From: Candidatus Latescibacterota bacterium | GTDB taxonomy: Bacteria > Latescibacterota > UBA2968 > GCA-2709665 | NCBI GenBank assembly: GCA_965248435.1 | Contig: OZ252100.1 | Span: forward strand, 4,914,102 to 4,978,101 | DNA: 64,000 bases | Reading direction: 5' to 3' | Part shown: piece after piece, positions 19,230 through 28,588 of the stretch | Layout: every line of letters begins with the position of its first letter | Position numbering within the stretch: position 1 is the stretch's first letter | The notes under the pieces: model-generated | Database searches by the model: none | The model's input: the letters and a program-made list of their open reading frames with translations, nothing else | Told to the model about the DNA's origin: nothing | Program-made: the position numbers and the translations under genes

Positions 19230-20588
19230 TTGAACCTGGACCAGGAGACAGTTATGTCCGAACGAATCCGTTCGGCCGCGAAAGAGGCACGCAGAGCGTC
19301 ACTTACGCTAGGCGTCTCGTCGGAGGCCCAACGGAACGCTGCCCTCGAGGCGATCACCGTGGCCCTGGAGTCGAATCAGGAGGTGATCCTGGAGGCGAAC
19401 CGGCGCGACCAGGAGGCCGCGGCAGAGCTCGTCGCAAAGGGCGAACTCGCACCGGCCCTGGCCAAACGCCTGAAGATGGACGCGACCAAGCTGCTTTGCG
19501 AAGTCTGTCCGGGTGTCCGGAGCGTGAAGGCCCAGTCCGATCCGATCGGCAAGACGCTGATGGCGACGGAGCTGGACAAGGGCCTGAAGCTCTATCGGGT
19601 CTCCGTGCCGATCGGTGTGATCGGCGTCGTATTCGAATCCCGTCCTGATGCGCTCGTGCAGATCGCTTCGCTCTGCCTGAAATCGGGAAATGCCGTGCTG
19701 CTCAAGGGTGGAAGCGAGGCGAAGGAGACGAACCGCGAACTGTCAAAAGTGATCTTGGAGGCGACCCATGGTCTGGACGGCATCCCCGAGGGGTGGATGT
19801 TTCAGCTCGAAGACCGGGAAGAGGTGCGCGTGATCCTGGATCTTCACGACATGATCGACCTGATTATCCCGCGCGGAGGGAACGAGCTCGTTCAGTCGAT
19901 TATGCAGAATACGAAGATTCCGGTTATGGGCCACGCGGACGGAATCTGTCACGTCTACGTGGACAAGGACGCGGATCTGAGCGATGCGATCGCGATCGCG
20001 ATAGACGCGAAGACCCAGTACCCTGCGGTATGTAACGCGGCGGAGACCCTCCTGGTACATCGCGAGATCGCCCCGGCGTTTCTGCCGGAAGTGGTCAAAC
20101 GATATCAGGAGAAGGAGGTGGAGGTCCGCGCAGACGAAGCGACGCGAGACCTGGTCGGGAACGGCGTGATTGCCGCTACAGACGCGGATTGGGATACGGA
20201 GTACCTGGATCTGGTCATCTCGATCAAGATCGTGGACGACCTGGAAGCGGCCATCGATCACATCAACACCCACAGCAGCCACCATACCGACGCGATCGTG
20301 ACGAAAGATCGGTCCGCCGCAAAGCAGTTTCTTCAAAAGGTTGATTCTGCATCGGTCGTGCACAACGCATCCACACGCTTTGCAGATGGATTCCGGTTTG
20401 GACTCGGCGCCGAAGTGGGGATCAGCACGAACCGAATTCACAGCAGGGGTCCAGTCGGCCTCGAAGGCCTTGTGATCTACAAGTACATCGTGGAGGGTGA
20501 GGGCCAGACGGCAGGAGATTACATCGGTGAGAACGCGGCCAGCTTCCGCCATCAACCTTTGTCAGAAGGCTGGGTCCCTCCAGAATGA
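19230..20588 (+). CDS. proA: glutamate-5-semialdehyde dehydrogenase (gamma-glutamyl phosphate reductase)
   Basis: Hallmark ProA segments 'LIIPRGGNELV', 'HADGICHVYVD' and 'CNAAETLLVH'. The alternative start at 19254 (MSERIR) is equally plausible. Confidence 0.8.
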   Translation: MNLDQETVMSERIRSAAKEARRASLTLGVSSEAQRNAALEAITVALESNQEVILEANRRDQEAAAELVAKGELAPALAKRLKMDATKLLCEVCPGVRSVKAQSDPIGKTLMATELDKGLKLYRVSVPIGVIGVVFESRPDALVQIASLCLKSGNAVLLKGGSEAKETNRELSKVILEATHGLDGIPEGWMFQLEDREEVRVILDLHDMIDLIIPRGGNELVQSIMQNTKIPVMGHADGICHVYVDKDADLSDAIAIAIDAKTQYPAVCNAAETLLVHREIAPAFLPEVVKRYQEKEVEVRADEATRDLVGNGVIAATDADWDTEYLDLVISIKIVDDLEAAIDHINTHSSHHTDAIVTKDRSAAKQFLQKVDSASVVHNASTRFADGFRFGLGAEVGISTNRIHSRGPVGLEGLVIYKYIVEGEGQTAGDYIGENAASFRHQPLSEGWVPPE

Positions 20589-20702
20589 GCCCGACTGATT
20601 CCCTCGGAGTACCTATTCGATGATCTTGTGTCTTTCGTAGGGGTGAGGCAGGGCCTTGCCCCTAATTTTATTTTCGGAAGCTTTTAGAAAGGGGAGAACC
20701 CA

Positions 20703-22247
20703 GTGGCATCACACCCTTTGCTCTTCTACAATAACGACGGCAGTCATATGCTCTACCTCTCGCCTCCAGTTTCACTGGACGAGTTCGTGTATGAGACGGT
20801 CGGGTATCTTTTGGGCACTCAGGTGGACGCGGTAGCCTGCCACATGTTCGGGTTCGGCGACGCCGTTCCACTTTTTCCGACGGAAGTACCTGGAGCCCAG
20901 GGTATCGAGCGATCTGAGGTCGAATGGGTGAGTGAGTGGCGCCAGGAGGAAATCATCCGCCTCCTGTTCGATCAGGGGGTCGACCCGTGGAAGGCCTCGC
21001 TGGAGGCCGCGCACAACGCCGGTATGGAGTTCTGGGCGGCCCTGAGGTTCAACGAGCTGCACGAAGGGCGCTTCCAGTGGAAGAGCGAGTTCCGCGTGAA
21101 CCATCCGGAATACGAGCTGGGCGGCCAATGTGCCGCCGACGGGCACGATCCGGAAGATCAATGCGTCGGGCTCAATTTTTCGATCCCTGAAGTACGCGCC
21201 CATCGCCTTGCGCTGATCGAGGAGGTCTGCTCGCGCTATGACGTGGACGGGTTCGAATGGGACTTCAACCGGGAGCCGGGACACCACTTTCCGGACTTGA
21301 AGGCGGGCGCGCCGATCCTGACGGCCTACGTGCGCGAGGCCAGGAAGGTGCTGGATGCCGTTGGCGACAAGCGGGGACGTCCCGTGGGGTTCGGCGTTCG
21401 AGTACCGGGCACGATCGAGGCGTGTCACCGAATTTCGGTCGAGATCGAAAACTGGATCAGCGAAGGCCTTGTGGACTATATCTGTCCGTCTCCCTACGCC
21501 GACACGTCCACAGACCTGCCGTTCGACGAGTTCGTGGCCCTGGCCGACGGGAAGGATTGCCGGATCTACGGCTGCCCGACCGAGATGTGCGGCCCGGGAC
21601 TCCACTGGCCCCCGCCGATCGAGACGCTGCGCGCGGGTGCGTGGAACGCCTGGCGCCAGGGTGTGGACGGGGTCTACATCTTCAACTATAACCATCCGAT
21701 CGTGAGCGACATGGATATGTCGGGTCTCTTTCGCGAACTCGGCAGCCCGGCAACGCTGGAATTCAGGGACAAAACCTACAGCGTGGCCGGAAGGAGAGGG
21801 CGGCCGGATGTCTTCAAAGAGAAGGTGCATCAGCTCCCACTGGCACTGGAGGAGCGGCCGACCGGTCCGGGCCAGACAGTGCGCTTTCTCGTGGGCGACG
21901 ATCTGGAAACCGCGGCCGAGCGGGGTGTGCTGGACGCGGTGACGCTGGAGCTGATCGTCATCGGCAAGACGTATGAGGATGTGGTGGAGTTCAAGCTGAA
22001 TGGAAGGCCGCTGCCTGAAGGCCCCCAGTTCAGGATGTATGAAAAGTACAAGATGGGTCTCGGCTCCAACGCCTTCCAGGGCCGATACGCGCTGAGGTAT
22101 GACCTGAGATCGGGGGACTGGATCAAGCAGGGGTGGAACGAGGTCGAAGTGGCGTTGAGAAAGAGGACGCGTCGGGTGAGGCAGCCGTTCGAGGTCTACG
22201 AAATGAACCTGGAGGTCAAGTATCGGGTATTGCCGATGCGGGCTTAG
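20703..22247 (+). CDS. TIM-barrel glycoside-hydrolase-like protein, paralog 1
   Basis: 514 aa. About 85% identical to the protein at 23777..25339. 'HPEYELGG' and 'FEWDFNREPGHHF' suggest a glycosyl-hydrolase-like (beta/alpha)8 fold. Confidence 0.5.
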   Translation: MASHPLLFYNNDGSHMLYLSPPVSLDEFVYETVGYLLGTQVDAVACHMFGFGDAVPLFPTEVPGAQGIERSEVEWVSEWRQEEIIRLLFDQGVDPWKASLEAAHNAGMEFWAALRFNELHEGRFQWKSEFRVNHPEYELGGQCAADGHDPEDQCVGLNFSIPEVRAHRLALIEEVCSRYDVDGFEWDFNREPGHHFPDLKAGAPILTAYVREARKVLDAVGDKRGRPVGFGVRVPGTIEACHRISVEIENWISEGLVDYICPSPYADTSTDLPFDEFVALADGKDCRIYGCPTEMCGPGLHWPPPIETLRAGAWNAWRQGVDGVYIFNYNHPIVSDMDMSGLFRELGSPATLEFRDKTYSVAGRRGRPDVFKEKVHQLPLALEERPTGPGQTVRFLVGDDLETAAERGVLDAVTLELIVIGKTYEDVVEFKLNGRPLPEGPQFRMYEKYKMGLGSNAFQGRYALRYDLRSGDWIKQGWNEVEVALRKRTRRVRQPFEVYEMNLEVKYRVLPMRA

Positions 22248-22250
22248 TTC

Positions 22251-22283
22251 GTCGATCGTTGGTCGTGGATCGTGGATCGTGAA
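22251..22283. repeat. GATCGTG-type tandem heptamer array
   Basis: gtcgatcgttggtcgtggatcgtggatcgtgaactg lies immediately 3' of paralog 1 and abuts the IS3 left end. Confidence 0.6.
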
Positions 22284-22315
22284 CTGATGTTACCGCGAAA
22301 AAGTGGACAGGTTAG

Positions 22316-23233
22316 TTAAGCAGCAAGGAGCTGCTCGTAGTTATGTGGACTTTTGTAGCCCAGGGTAGAGTGCCTCCGCCTGTGGTTGTAGAAACGGATG
22401 TAGTTTGAGATCCTTCTTCGCGCCTGGTTGACGGTGGCATAGGTATCGCGATGGACGCGTTCGATTTTCAGCGTTGAGAAGAAGGACTCTGCCACCGCAT
22501 TGTCAAAGCAGTCGCCTTTGCGACCCATACTAGACCGAATGCCGTTTTCAGCGACGGTATTTTGGAAAGCTTCACTGGTATACTGAGATCCACGATCAGA
22601 GTGAAAGATCAATTCCCTTGGGGGCTTTCGAGTTGCACGTGCCTTTTTGAAGGCTTCGACCGCTAGCTCCGCAGTCAAGGAGGCCCGGAGCGACCATCCG
22701 ACGATCTTCCGGGAGAACAGGTCCATCACGACGCACAGATAGGCGTGGCCTCCCACGATGGGGATGTAGCTGATGTCCGAGACCCACTTCTGGTTGACTT
22801 CATCGGCGTTGAACGCTCGACCCAGCAGGTCCGGAGACACGATGGCGTTTGAGGCTGCCTTTGTCGTGCACCGGAATTTGCGTGGGGTCCCAATGGCCTT
22901 CAAGCCCATCTTCTGCTTGATCCGGGCGATCCGGCTGGCACTGCAGACGATCCCGGCCTCGTTGAGCTCCTCCGTGATGCGAGGCGTGCCGTAAGTCTGG
23001 TCGGTCTCCCGGTGGATGGCTTTGATGTGGAGCGCCAGCACTTGGTTTTCTTGCTCCCGTTGGCTGACCGGACGGCTTTTCCAGGCGTAGTAACCGCTTT
23101 TGGAGATCCCAAGGGTCTTGCACATATGGGTTACTGAAAATCGGTCGCGGTTCTCCTCCACCAGGTGGAAGTTCATCTTTGGCGTCTGCTGAAAACGGCT
23201 AAGGCTTTTTTTAAAATGTCCCTCTCTTCGCAC
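22316..23233 (-). CDS. IS3-family transposase OrfB (DDE integrase core)
   Basis: 305 aa with an rve-type core and a C-terminal 'LGYKSP' motif. Expressed as an OrfAB fusion through the -1 frameshift. Confidence 0.75.
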   Translation of the reverse strand: MRREGHFKKSLSRFQQTPKMNFHLVEENRDRFSVTHMCKTLGISKSGYYAWKSRPVSQREQENQVLALHIKAIHRETDQTYGTPRITEELNEAGIVCSASRIARIKQKMGLKAIGTPRKFRCTTKAASNAIVSPDLLGRAFNADEVNQKWVSDISYIPIVGGHAYLCVVMDLFSRKIVGWSLRASLTAELAVEAFKKARATRKPPRELIFHSDRGSQYTSEAFQNTVAENGIRSSMGRKGDCFDNAVAESFFSTLKIERVHRDTYATVNQARRRISNYIRFYNHRRRHSTLGYKSPHNYEQLLAA

Positions 23234-23472
23234 AGATACTCGACCTGTCGCTTCAACTCGAAGATCTCCAGGTCCTTCGACTTGCGACGGCCTTTCCCGG
23301 GGAAGGCTTCCTGCTCATCCTCAACGAAGTCCCTCACCCAGCGACGCAACAACCCAACAGGCATGTCCAATTCTGTCGCGACATCTTTCGGAGTGCGGTC
23401 TTCAACCAGAATCTGCTGCACCGCTTCGACTTTGAACTCTCGGGAATACTTCCGACGCTTCCTGACACCCAT
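23173..23472 (-). CDS. IS3-family transposase OrfA (HTH)
   Basis: 99 aa, 'MGVRKRRKYSREFKVEAVQQI...'. Ends in a leucine-zipper-like segment before the slippery site. Confidence 0.75.
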   Translation of the reverse strand: MGVRKRRKYSREFKVEAVQQILVEDRTPKDVATELDMPVGLLRRWVRDFVEDEQEAFPGKGRRKSKDLEIFELKRQVEYLCEERDILKKALAVFSRRQR

Positions 23473-23776
23473 AGAAAGCCTCCTTGGATATGGGGAGACA
23501 TTCTACCTATACAAAAACCTTAACCGAGTGTCCACAAAATAGATAACCCCAAACGGCTGGATCACGGAGAAAGGCGGAAGAATGCGGAGGGCACGGAAGT
23601 ACACGGAAGAAAGGCGGAGGGTACGGAGACGATCTATTAGACTGAGCTACTTTACCGATTGAAAGGCATCACTGCGGTGGCGCAGAGGGCGTGGAGAAGA
23701 CATGTGGATCGTGGCGGGCGTCAGGCTGTAGCGCGACACCTTAGTCCAGTACAAAACAGATGCGAAGGAGAATCAA

Positions 23777-25339
23777 GTGGCATCACATCCCAGACTCTTC
23801 TACAACAACGACGGCAGTCACCTGATCTACCTCCCGCCTCCAGTTTCGCTCGACGCGTTCGTATATGAGACGGTAGGTTATCTGTTCGGCACCCAGGTGG
23901 ATGCGGTGGTCTGCCACATGTTCGGGTTCGGCGACGCCATTCCGCTTTTCCCGACCGAGGTGCCGGAGGCGAAGGGTATCGAGCTGGACCAGGTGGAATG
24001 GGTGAGTGAGTGGCGGCAGCAGGAGATTATGCGCCTTCTGTTCGATCAGGGGATCGACCCGTGGAAGGCCTCCCTGGAGGCCGCGCACGAGGCGGGCATG
24101 GAGTTCTGGGCGGGCCTGAGGTTCAACGACCTGCACGGAGGGCGGTTTCAGTGGAAGAGTGAATTCCGCGTGAACCACCCCGAATACGAACTGGGTAACC
24201 AGTGTCCGGCCGGGTCGCACCAGAGTGATCCAGAACGACCGTGTCACGGGCTCAACTTCGCTGTCCCTGAAGTGCGGGTCCACCGCCTGGCGCAGGTGGA
24301 GGAGGTCTGCACCCGTTATGATGTGGACGGGTTCGAGTGGGACCTGAATCGGCACCCGGGACACCACTTTCCGGACATGGAGGCGGGTGCGCCGATGCTC
24401 ACCGCCTACATACGTGAAGCGAAGGAGATGCTGAACGGCGTCGGAGATCGGCGGGGACGCCCCGTAAAGTTCAGCGTGCGCGTGCCGGGTACTGTTGAGG
24501 CCTGTCGCTGGATCGCGGTCGAAATCGAGACGTGGATTCGGGAAGGCCTTGTGGATTACGTATCTCCATCTGCCTACCACGACACGTCGACCGATCTGCC
24601 GTTCGACCATTTCGTTGCTCTGGCTGACGGAAAGGACGTCAGGATCTACGCGTCGCCTGGCGAGATGGTCGGGCCGGGACTCCACTGGCCCCCGCCGATC
24701 GAGACACTGCGCGCGGGCGCGTTCAACGCCTGGCAGCAGGGCGTGGATGGGGTCTACATCTTCAACTACAACCATCCGATCGTGAGCGACATGGATATGT
24801 CGGGTCTCTTTCGCGAACTCGGCAGCCCGGCAACACTCGAGTGGAGGGATAAACGGTATACCGTGGCTGGAGGGCATTCCGAGCTGAGGGGCGATTCCTA
24901 CGGTTTCAAATCGTGGAAACATCAACTTCCCGCGGCCCTGGAGGAACAGCCCACCGGTCCGGGCCACACCGTGCGCTTCCTCGTAGGCGACGATCTGCGG
25001 ACCGCGGCCGAGCGAGGCGTACTGGACGCGGTGACTCTGGAGCTGATCGTCATCGGCCAAACGTATGAAGATGTGGTGGAGTTCAAGCTGAATGGAAAGC
25101 CGCTGCCCGAAGGCCCCCAGTTCAGAATGTATCAAAAGTACAAGATGGGTCCCGGCGCGAACGCCTTCCAGGGCCGATACGCGCTGAGGTATGACCTGAG
25201 ATCGGGAGACTGGATCCGGCAGGGGTGGAACGAGGTCGAACTGGCGTTGAGAAAAAGGACGCGGCGGGTGAGGCAGCCGTTCGAGGTCTATGAGCTGAAC
25301 CTGGAGATCAAGTATCGCGTTCTGCCGATGAGACCTTAA
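23777..25339 (+). CDS. TIM-barrel glycoside-hydrolase-like protein, paralog 2
   Basis: 520 aa, collinear with paralog 1. Followed by the same heptamer repeat. Confidence 0.5.
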   Translation: MASHPRLFYNNDGSHLIYLPPPVSLDAFVYETVGYLFGTQVDAVVCHMFGFGDAIPLFPTEVPEAKGIELDQVEWVSEWRQQEIMRLLFDQGIDPWKASLEAAHEAGMEFWAGLRFNDLHGGRFQWKSEFRVNHPEYELGNQCPAGSHQSDPERPCHGLNFAVPEVRVHRLAQVEEVCTRYDVDGFEWDLNRHPGHHFPDMEAGAPMLTAYIREAKEMLNGVGDRRGRPVKFSVRVPGTVEACRWIAVEIETWIREGLVDYVSPSAYHDTSTDLPFDHFVALADGKDVRIYASPGEMVGPGLHWPPPIETLRAGAFNAWQQGVDGVYIFNYNHPIVSDMDMSGLFRELGSPATLEWRDKRYTVAGGHSELRGDSYGFKSWKHQLPAALEEQPTGPGHTVRFLVGDDLRTAAERGVLDAVTLELIVIGQTYEDVVEFKLNGKPLPEGPQFRMYQKYKMGPGANAFQGRYALRYDLRSGDWIRQGWNEVELALRKRTRRVRQPFEVYELNLEIKYRVLPMRP

Positions 25340-25340
25340 G

Positions 25341-25378
25341 TCGTGGATCGTGAATCGTGGATCGTGAAATCTGGATCG
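25341..25378. repeat. GATCGTG-type tandem heptamer array
   Basis: tcgtggatcgtgaatcgtggatcgtgaaatctggatcg lies immediately 3' of paralog 2. Confidence 0.6.
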
Positions 25379-25606
25379 CAACCACAGCGCGCCGCTTTGT
25401 CATTCCGAGCGACAGCGAGGAATCTCAACAGGCAATGGAGCAGCCGCTACTTCAAGAGATGATTCAGTTAGTATCTTACTGTTGAGATCCCTCGTCGCCT
25501 CGTTGCTCTGAGTTTACAACAAACGCAATGCTTGAATGGCTCCTCGGGATGACAAATCTGGCTGTTACGAGATAAGGGATACGCGAAATAGGATGGAGGT
25601 GACGGC

Positions 25607-26443
25607 ATGATTGTTGATGTACACACACACCTGACGCCCCTCGAGGGCTGGGGGCAGAGTTTCCTCGAGCAGGTCCCGAACGCGAACAACGCGGCCGTGG
25701 GCATAGACCTGCACGTCACACCCGAACGCCACTGGGCGGCGATGGAGGAGGTCGACAGGGCGATCGTGTTCGGGATCAACTCCCTCGCGCTCGAGATGCA
25801 CACGTCGAACGACTCGATCGCCGAGTATGCCAGCGCCCATTCCGAAAAGATCATCGGGTTCATGTCGATCGATCCGCACCAGGAGGACGCGATCGAAGAG
25901 ATCGACCGCTGCGTGCGTCAGCTCGGTTTGAGAGGGATCAAGATGAGCCCGGTCTACCAGCACTATCATCCGTGCGATGAGAAGGCGGAGCGCGTGCATC
26001 GACACGCGGAGAAGCTGGGCCTGCCGATCCTGACCCACGCGGCGTTTCACTCGATGTACCAGACGCCGATGAAGTGGGCGAATCCGATCCTGTATGACGA
26101 TGTGGCACAACAGTTTCCAAACCTGAAGATCATCCTCGCCCACATCGGCCTGCCCTGGTATTCGGACGCGATGGTCGTCGCGCGTAAGCACCCGAACGTA
26201 TTCGCGGACATCTCGCCCGTGTTCCACCTCAGGTGGATCAACCGTGCGCTCGATCTGTTTCACGAATTCTCGGTGATTCAGAAGCTTCTGTTCGGGACCG
26301 ACTTTCCGTTCACAACGACCGATCGGGCGATACAGAACTTGAGAAAGGCTCAACAGATTGGTCCCAAGGAGGCACGTGTGCCGGACGAGGAGATCGAGGC
26401 GCTGATCCACCGTGATTCTCTGAAGCTGCTCGGCCTGGATTGA
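25607..26443 (+). CDS. amidohydrolase-2 family (TIM-barrel metal-dependent hydrolase)
   Basis: 278 aa with the 'MIVDVHTHLTP' metal-binding start typical of PF04909. Confidence 0.7.
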   Translation: MIVDVHTHLTPLEGWGQSFLEQVPNANNAAVGIDLHVTPERHWAAMEEVDRAIVFGINSLALEMHTSNDSIAEYASAHSEKIIGFMSIDPHQEDAIEEIDRCVRQLGLRGIKMSPVYQHYHPCDEKAERVHRHAEKLGLPILTHAAFHSMYQTPMKWANPILYDDVAQQFPNLKIILAHIGLPWYSDAMVVARKHPNVFADISPVFHLRWINRALDLFHEFSVIQKLLFGTDFPFTTTDRAIQNLRKAQQIGPKEARVPDEEIEALIHRDSLKLLGLD

Positions 26444-26487
26444 TCGTGAATCGTGAATCGTGGATGGTGGATCGTGGATCGTAAATC
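26441..26487. repeat. GATCGTG-type tandem heptamer array
   Basis: tgatcgtgaatcgtgaatcgtggatggtggatcgtggatcgtaaatcg starts at the stop codon of the amidohydrolase gene. Confidence 0.6.
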
Positions 26488-26580
26488 GCATCTAAAGTCA
26501 TTGAATCGGCTGTTGAAGAGGGTTTTTAAACTGGTGTTCATTGGGACATAGCTTATGCCGGATATGTCAGGGGAGAAGAT

Positions 26581-27582
26581 ATGAAGGCCCGACTGATCGT
26601 ATCCAGCTGTTACGATTGGGAAACCACGGATCCGGAGCTGGAACGGCTGAAGCCGGAGGTCGAGGTATTTCGCTGTCCGGAGGGGCGTCAACTGACCGAA
26701 GCGGAGATGATCGGTTATCTTTCCGGGACTCATTACACCCTGTCCGCCGACGATCCGTTCAACGAGCGTGTGATTCGCTCCGCACCGTCGCTTCAGATGA
26801 TTAACTGTGACGGCGTGGGCGTGGATCACATCAACCTTCCCGTGGCCACCGAGTGCGGCGTGATCGTGAACAACGCCCCGGTCGTACACGACTCGAACGG
26901 AGAGTTCGCGGTCGGGTTGATCGTGGCGCTTCTGAGGAAGATTATCATCGCGGACAAGGGTGTGAGGTCCGGTGAGTGGCACGACCGGGTCCGATTCGCG
27001 GGCTATGACCTTCAAGGGAAGACGTTGGGCCTGCTTGGCTTCGGGCGGGTCGCGAAGGCGTTCGCCAAACGAATCTCGGGATTTGATATGAATGTTACTG
27101 CCTACTGCCGAGAACCCGACAGGTCGGCAGCGGAGGCGTTGGACGTTACGCTGGTCGGCCTCGACGAGCTGATCGAGGGTTCGGACATCCTGTCGCTCCA
27201 CGTCACCCTTACCGATCTGACGCGGGGGATGATCGGGGCGGAGGAAATCGGAAGGATGAAGACCGGGGCCTATCTGATGAACACTTCGCGAGGTGCGGTT
27301 GTGGATGAGGCGGCGCTGGTCGACGCACTGAACAGCGGAAAGCTGGCGGGCGCGGCCCTGGATGTGTTCGACGGCGAGCCTCCGAAGCTCGACAATCCGC
27401 TTCTGCACATGGAGAACGTCGTCCTCGCGCCGCATCTGGGCACCGAGACGTTCCAGACATTCCGAAGGGCGTTTCGGAGCGTGGTCGATGACATCCTGCT
27501 CCTCCGCGTGGGCAAGCGACCGGGAAACGTCGTGAACGTGGACGTCCTGAATCACGATCGATGGAAGGACCTCAACGCATGA
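26581..27582 (+). CDS. D-isomer-specific 2-hydroxyacid dehydrogenase (NAD-binding)
   Basis: 'GKTLGLLGFGRVAKAFAKR' Rossmann motif and the catalytic R/E/H arrangement of the PGDH/GDH family. Confidence 0.75.
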   Translation: MKARLIVSSCYDWETTDPELERLKPEVEVFRCPEGRQLTEAEMIGYLSGTHYTLSADDPFNERVIRSAPSLQMINCDGVGVDHINLPVATECGVIVNNAPVVHDSNGEFAVGLIVALLRKIIIADKGVRSGEWHDRVRFAGYDLQGKTLGLLGFGRVAKAFAKRISGFDMNVTAYCREPDRSAAEALDVTLVGLDELIEGSDILSLHVTLTDLTRGMIGAEEIGRMKTGAYLMNTSRGAVVDEAALVDALNSGKLAGAALDVFDGEPPKLDNPLLHMENVVLAPHLGTETFQTFRRAFRSVVDDILLLRVGKRPGNVVNVDVLNHDRWKDLNA

Positions 27583-27604
27583 ATCGGATGGTTAAAGGAG
27601 AAGC

Positions 27605-28489
27605 GTGATGCCCAAGCTGGCCGCATTTCCGAAGGCGTTTCTGGACGAAATGTGCATGGACGGGACGATGACCATCTGCCAGTGGGTGGAGATGGCCGCG
27701 ACGCTGGACGTCGACGGGCTGGAATTCTTCGGGGCCTTCCTGGAGCTCGAAGACCCGGCCTCCTGGAAGGCGTCCAGGAAGCTGGCGGAGGATCACGGAC
27801 TGACGATTCCGATGCTCTGCTGCTCACCCGACTTCACGCACCCGGATCCGGAGTTTCGGAACAAGGAGGTCGACAAAGAGAAGCGATGGATCGACATGAC
27901 GGCGGAGCTGGGTGGATCGTTCTGCCGGGTGCTCTCAGGCCAGCGCAGGCCCGGGGTGCCTCGCGAGGCAGGACTCGCCTTCTGCGTGGACTGCATCAAC
28001 ACGTGCGGTGAGTACGGCCGGTCTGTCGGGGTGACGCTGATCATCGAGAACCATTACAAGGACCCCTACTGGACGTATCCCGAGTTCGCCCAGCATATGG
28101 ATGTCTTTTGCGAGCTCCTGGATCGCATCGAACCCTCGGGGCTCGGTGTGAATTACGACCCGAGCAACACGCTGCTCGCTGGCGAAGACCCGCTCGAACT
28201 TCTGGACCGCGTGAAGCACCGGGTGATGACGATGCACGCCAGTGACCGCTACCTCGCGGAGGGCACGATCGAAGACCTTCGCAAGGAAGAGAACGTGGAA
28301 GGCTACGCCAATCGCCTGAGTCACGGGGAGATCGGAAAAGGGATGAACGACTACGACGCGATCTTTTCGACGCTGGCCGGGGTCGGATTCGAAGGCTGGA
28401 TCAGTATCGAGGATGGCATGGAGGGGATGGAGCAGCTGCGGGGGAGCGTGAAGTTTTTGCGGGAGAAGATGGCACAGCATTGGCCTTGA
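27605..28489 (+). CDS. sugar phosphate isomerase/epimerase (xylose-isomerase-like TIM barrel)
   Basis: 294 aa with AP_endonuc_2-like motifs ('LIIENHY', 'GEIGKGMNDYDAIF'). Confidence 0.7.
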   Translation: MMPKLAAFPKAFLDEMCMDGTMTICQWVEMAATLDVDGLEFFGAFLELEDPASWKASRKLAEDHGLTIPMLCCSPDFTHPDPEFRNKEVDKEKRWIDMTAELGGSFCRVLSGQRRPGVPREAGLAFCVDCINTCGEYGRSVGVTLIIENHYKDPYWTYPEFAQHMDVFCELLDRIEPSGLGVNYDPSNTLLAGEDPLELLDRVKHRVMTMHASDRYLAEGTIEDLRKEENVEGYANRLSHGEIGKGMNDYDAIFSTLAGVGFEGWISIEDGMEGMEQLRGSVKFLREKMAQHWP

Positions 28490-28560
28490 TCGCGTGGATC
28501 GTGAATCGTTGATCGTGGATCGTCATCTAATTGCGGATTGCGGATTTCGGATTGTGGAAT
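28487..28560. repeat. GATCGTG heptamer array followed by a GGATT(G/T)CG heptamer array
   Basis: gatcgcgtggatcgtgaatcgttgatcgtggatcgtc is followed by attgcggattgcggatttcggattgtggaatgaaagg. The second part recurs at 47438-47490 inside a long repeat copy. Confidence 0.55.
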
Positions 28561-28588
28561 GAAAGGCGAAACCTGACTGCAGGGGAGC

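Larger units (their letters stand above)
22285..23540 (-). mobile_element. IS3-family insertion sequence (orfA/orfB with -1 frameshift)
   Basis: Lower GC. orfA at 23173..23472 and orfB at 22316..23233 overlap. The sense strand reads TTTTAAAAAAAGCC at ~23205-23216, which contains the A_AAA_AAG slippery heptamer. Imperfect terminal inverted repeats share the core GTGGACA...GGTTA (left ~22285-22320, right ~23500-23540). Confidence 0.75.

Noticed and set aside
25341-28525. Heptamer arrays as coding repeats (TIHD(S/P)R peptide repeats on the minus strand)
   Set aside because: They sit exactly in the intergenic gaps of well-defined plus-strand genes, and the minus-strand ORFs containing them are antisense artefacts.
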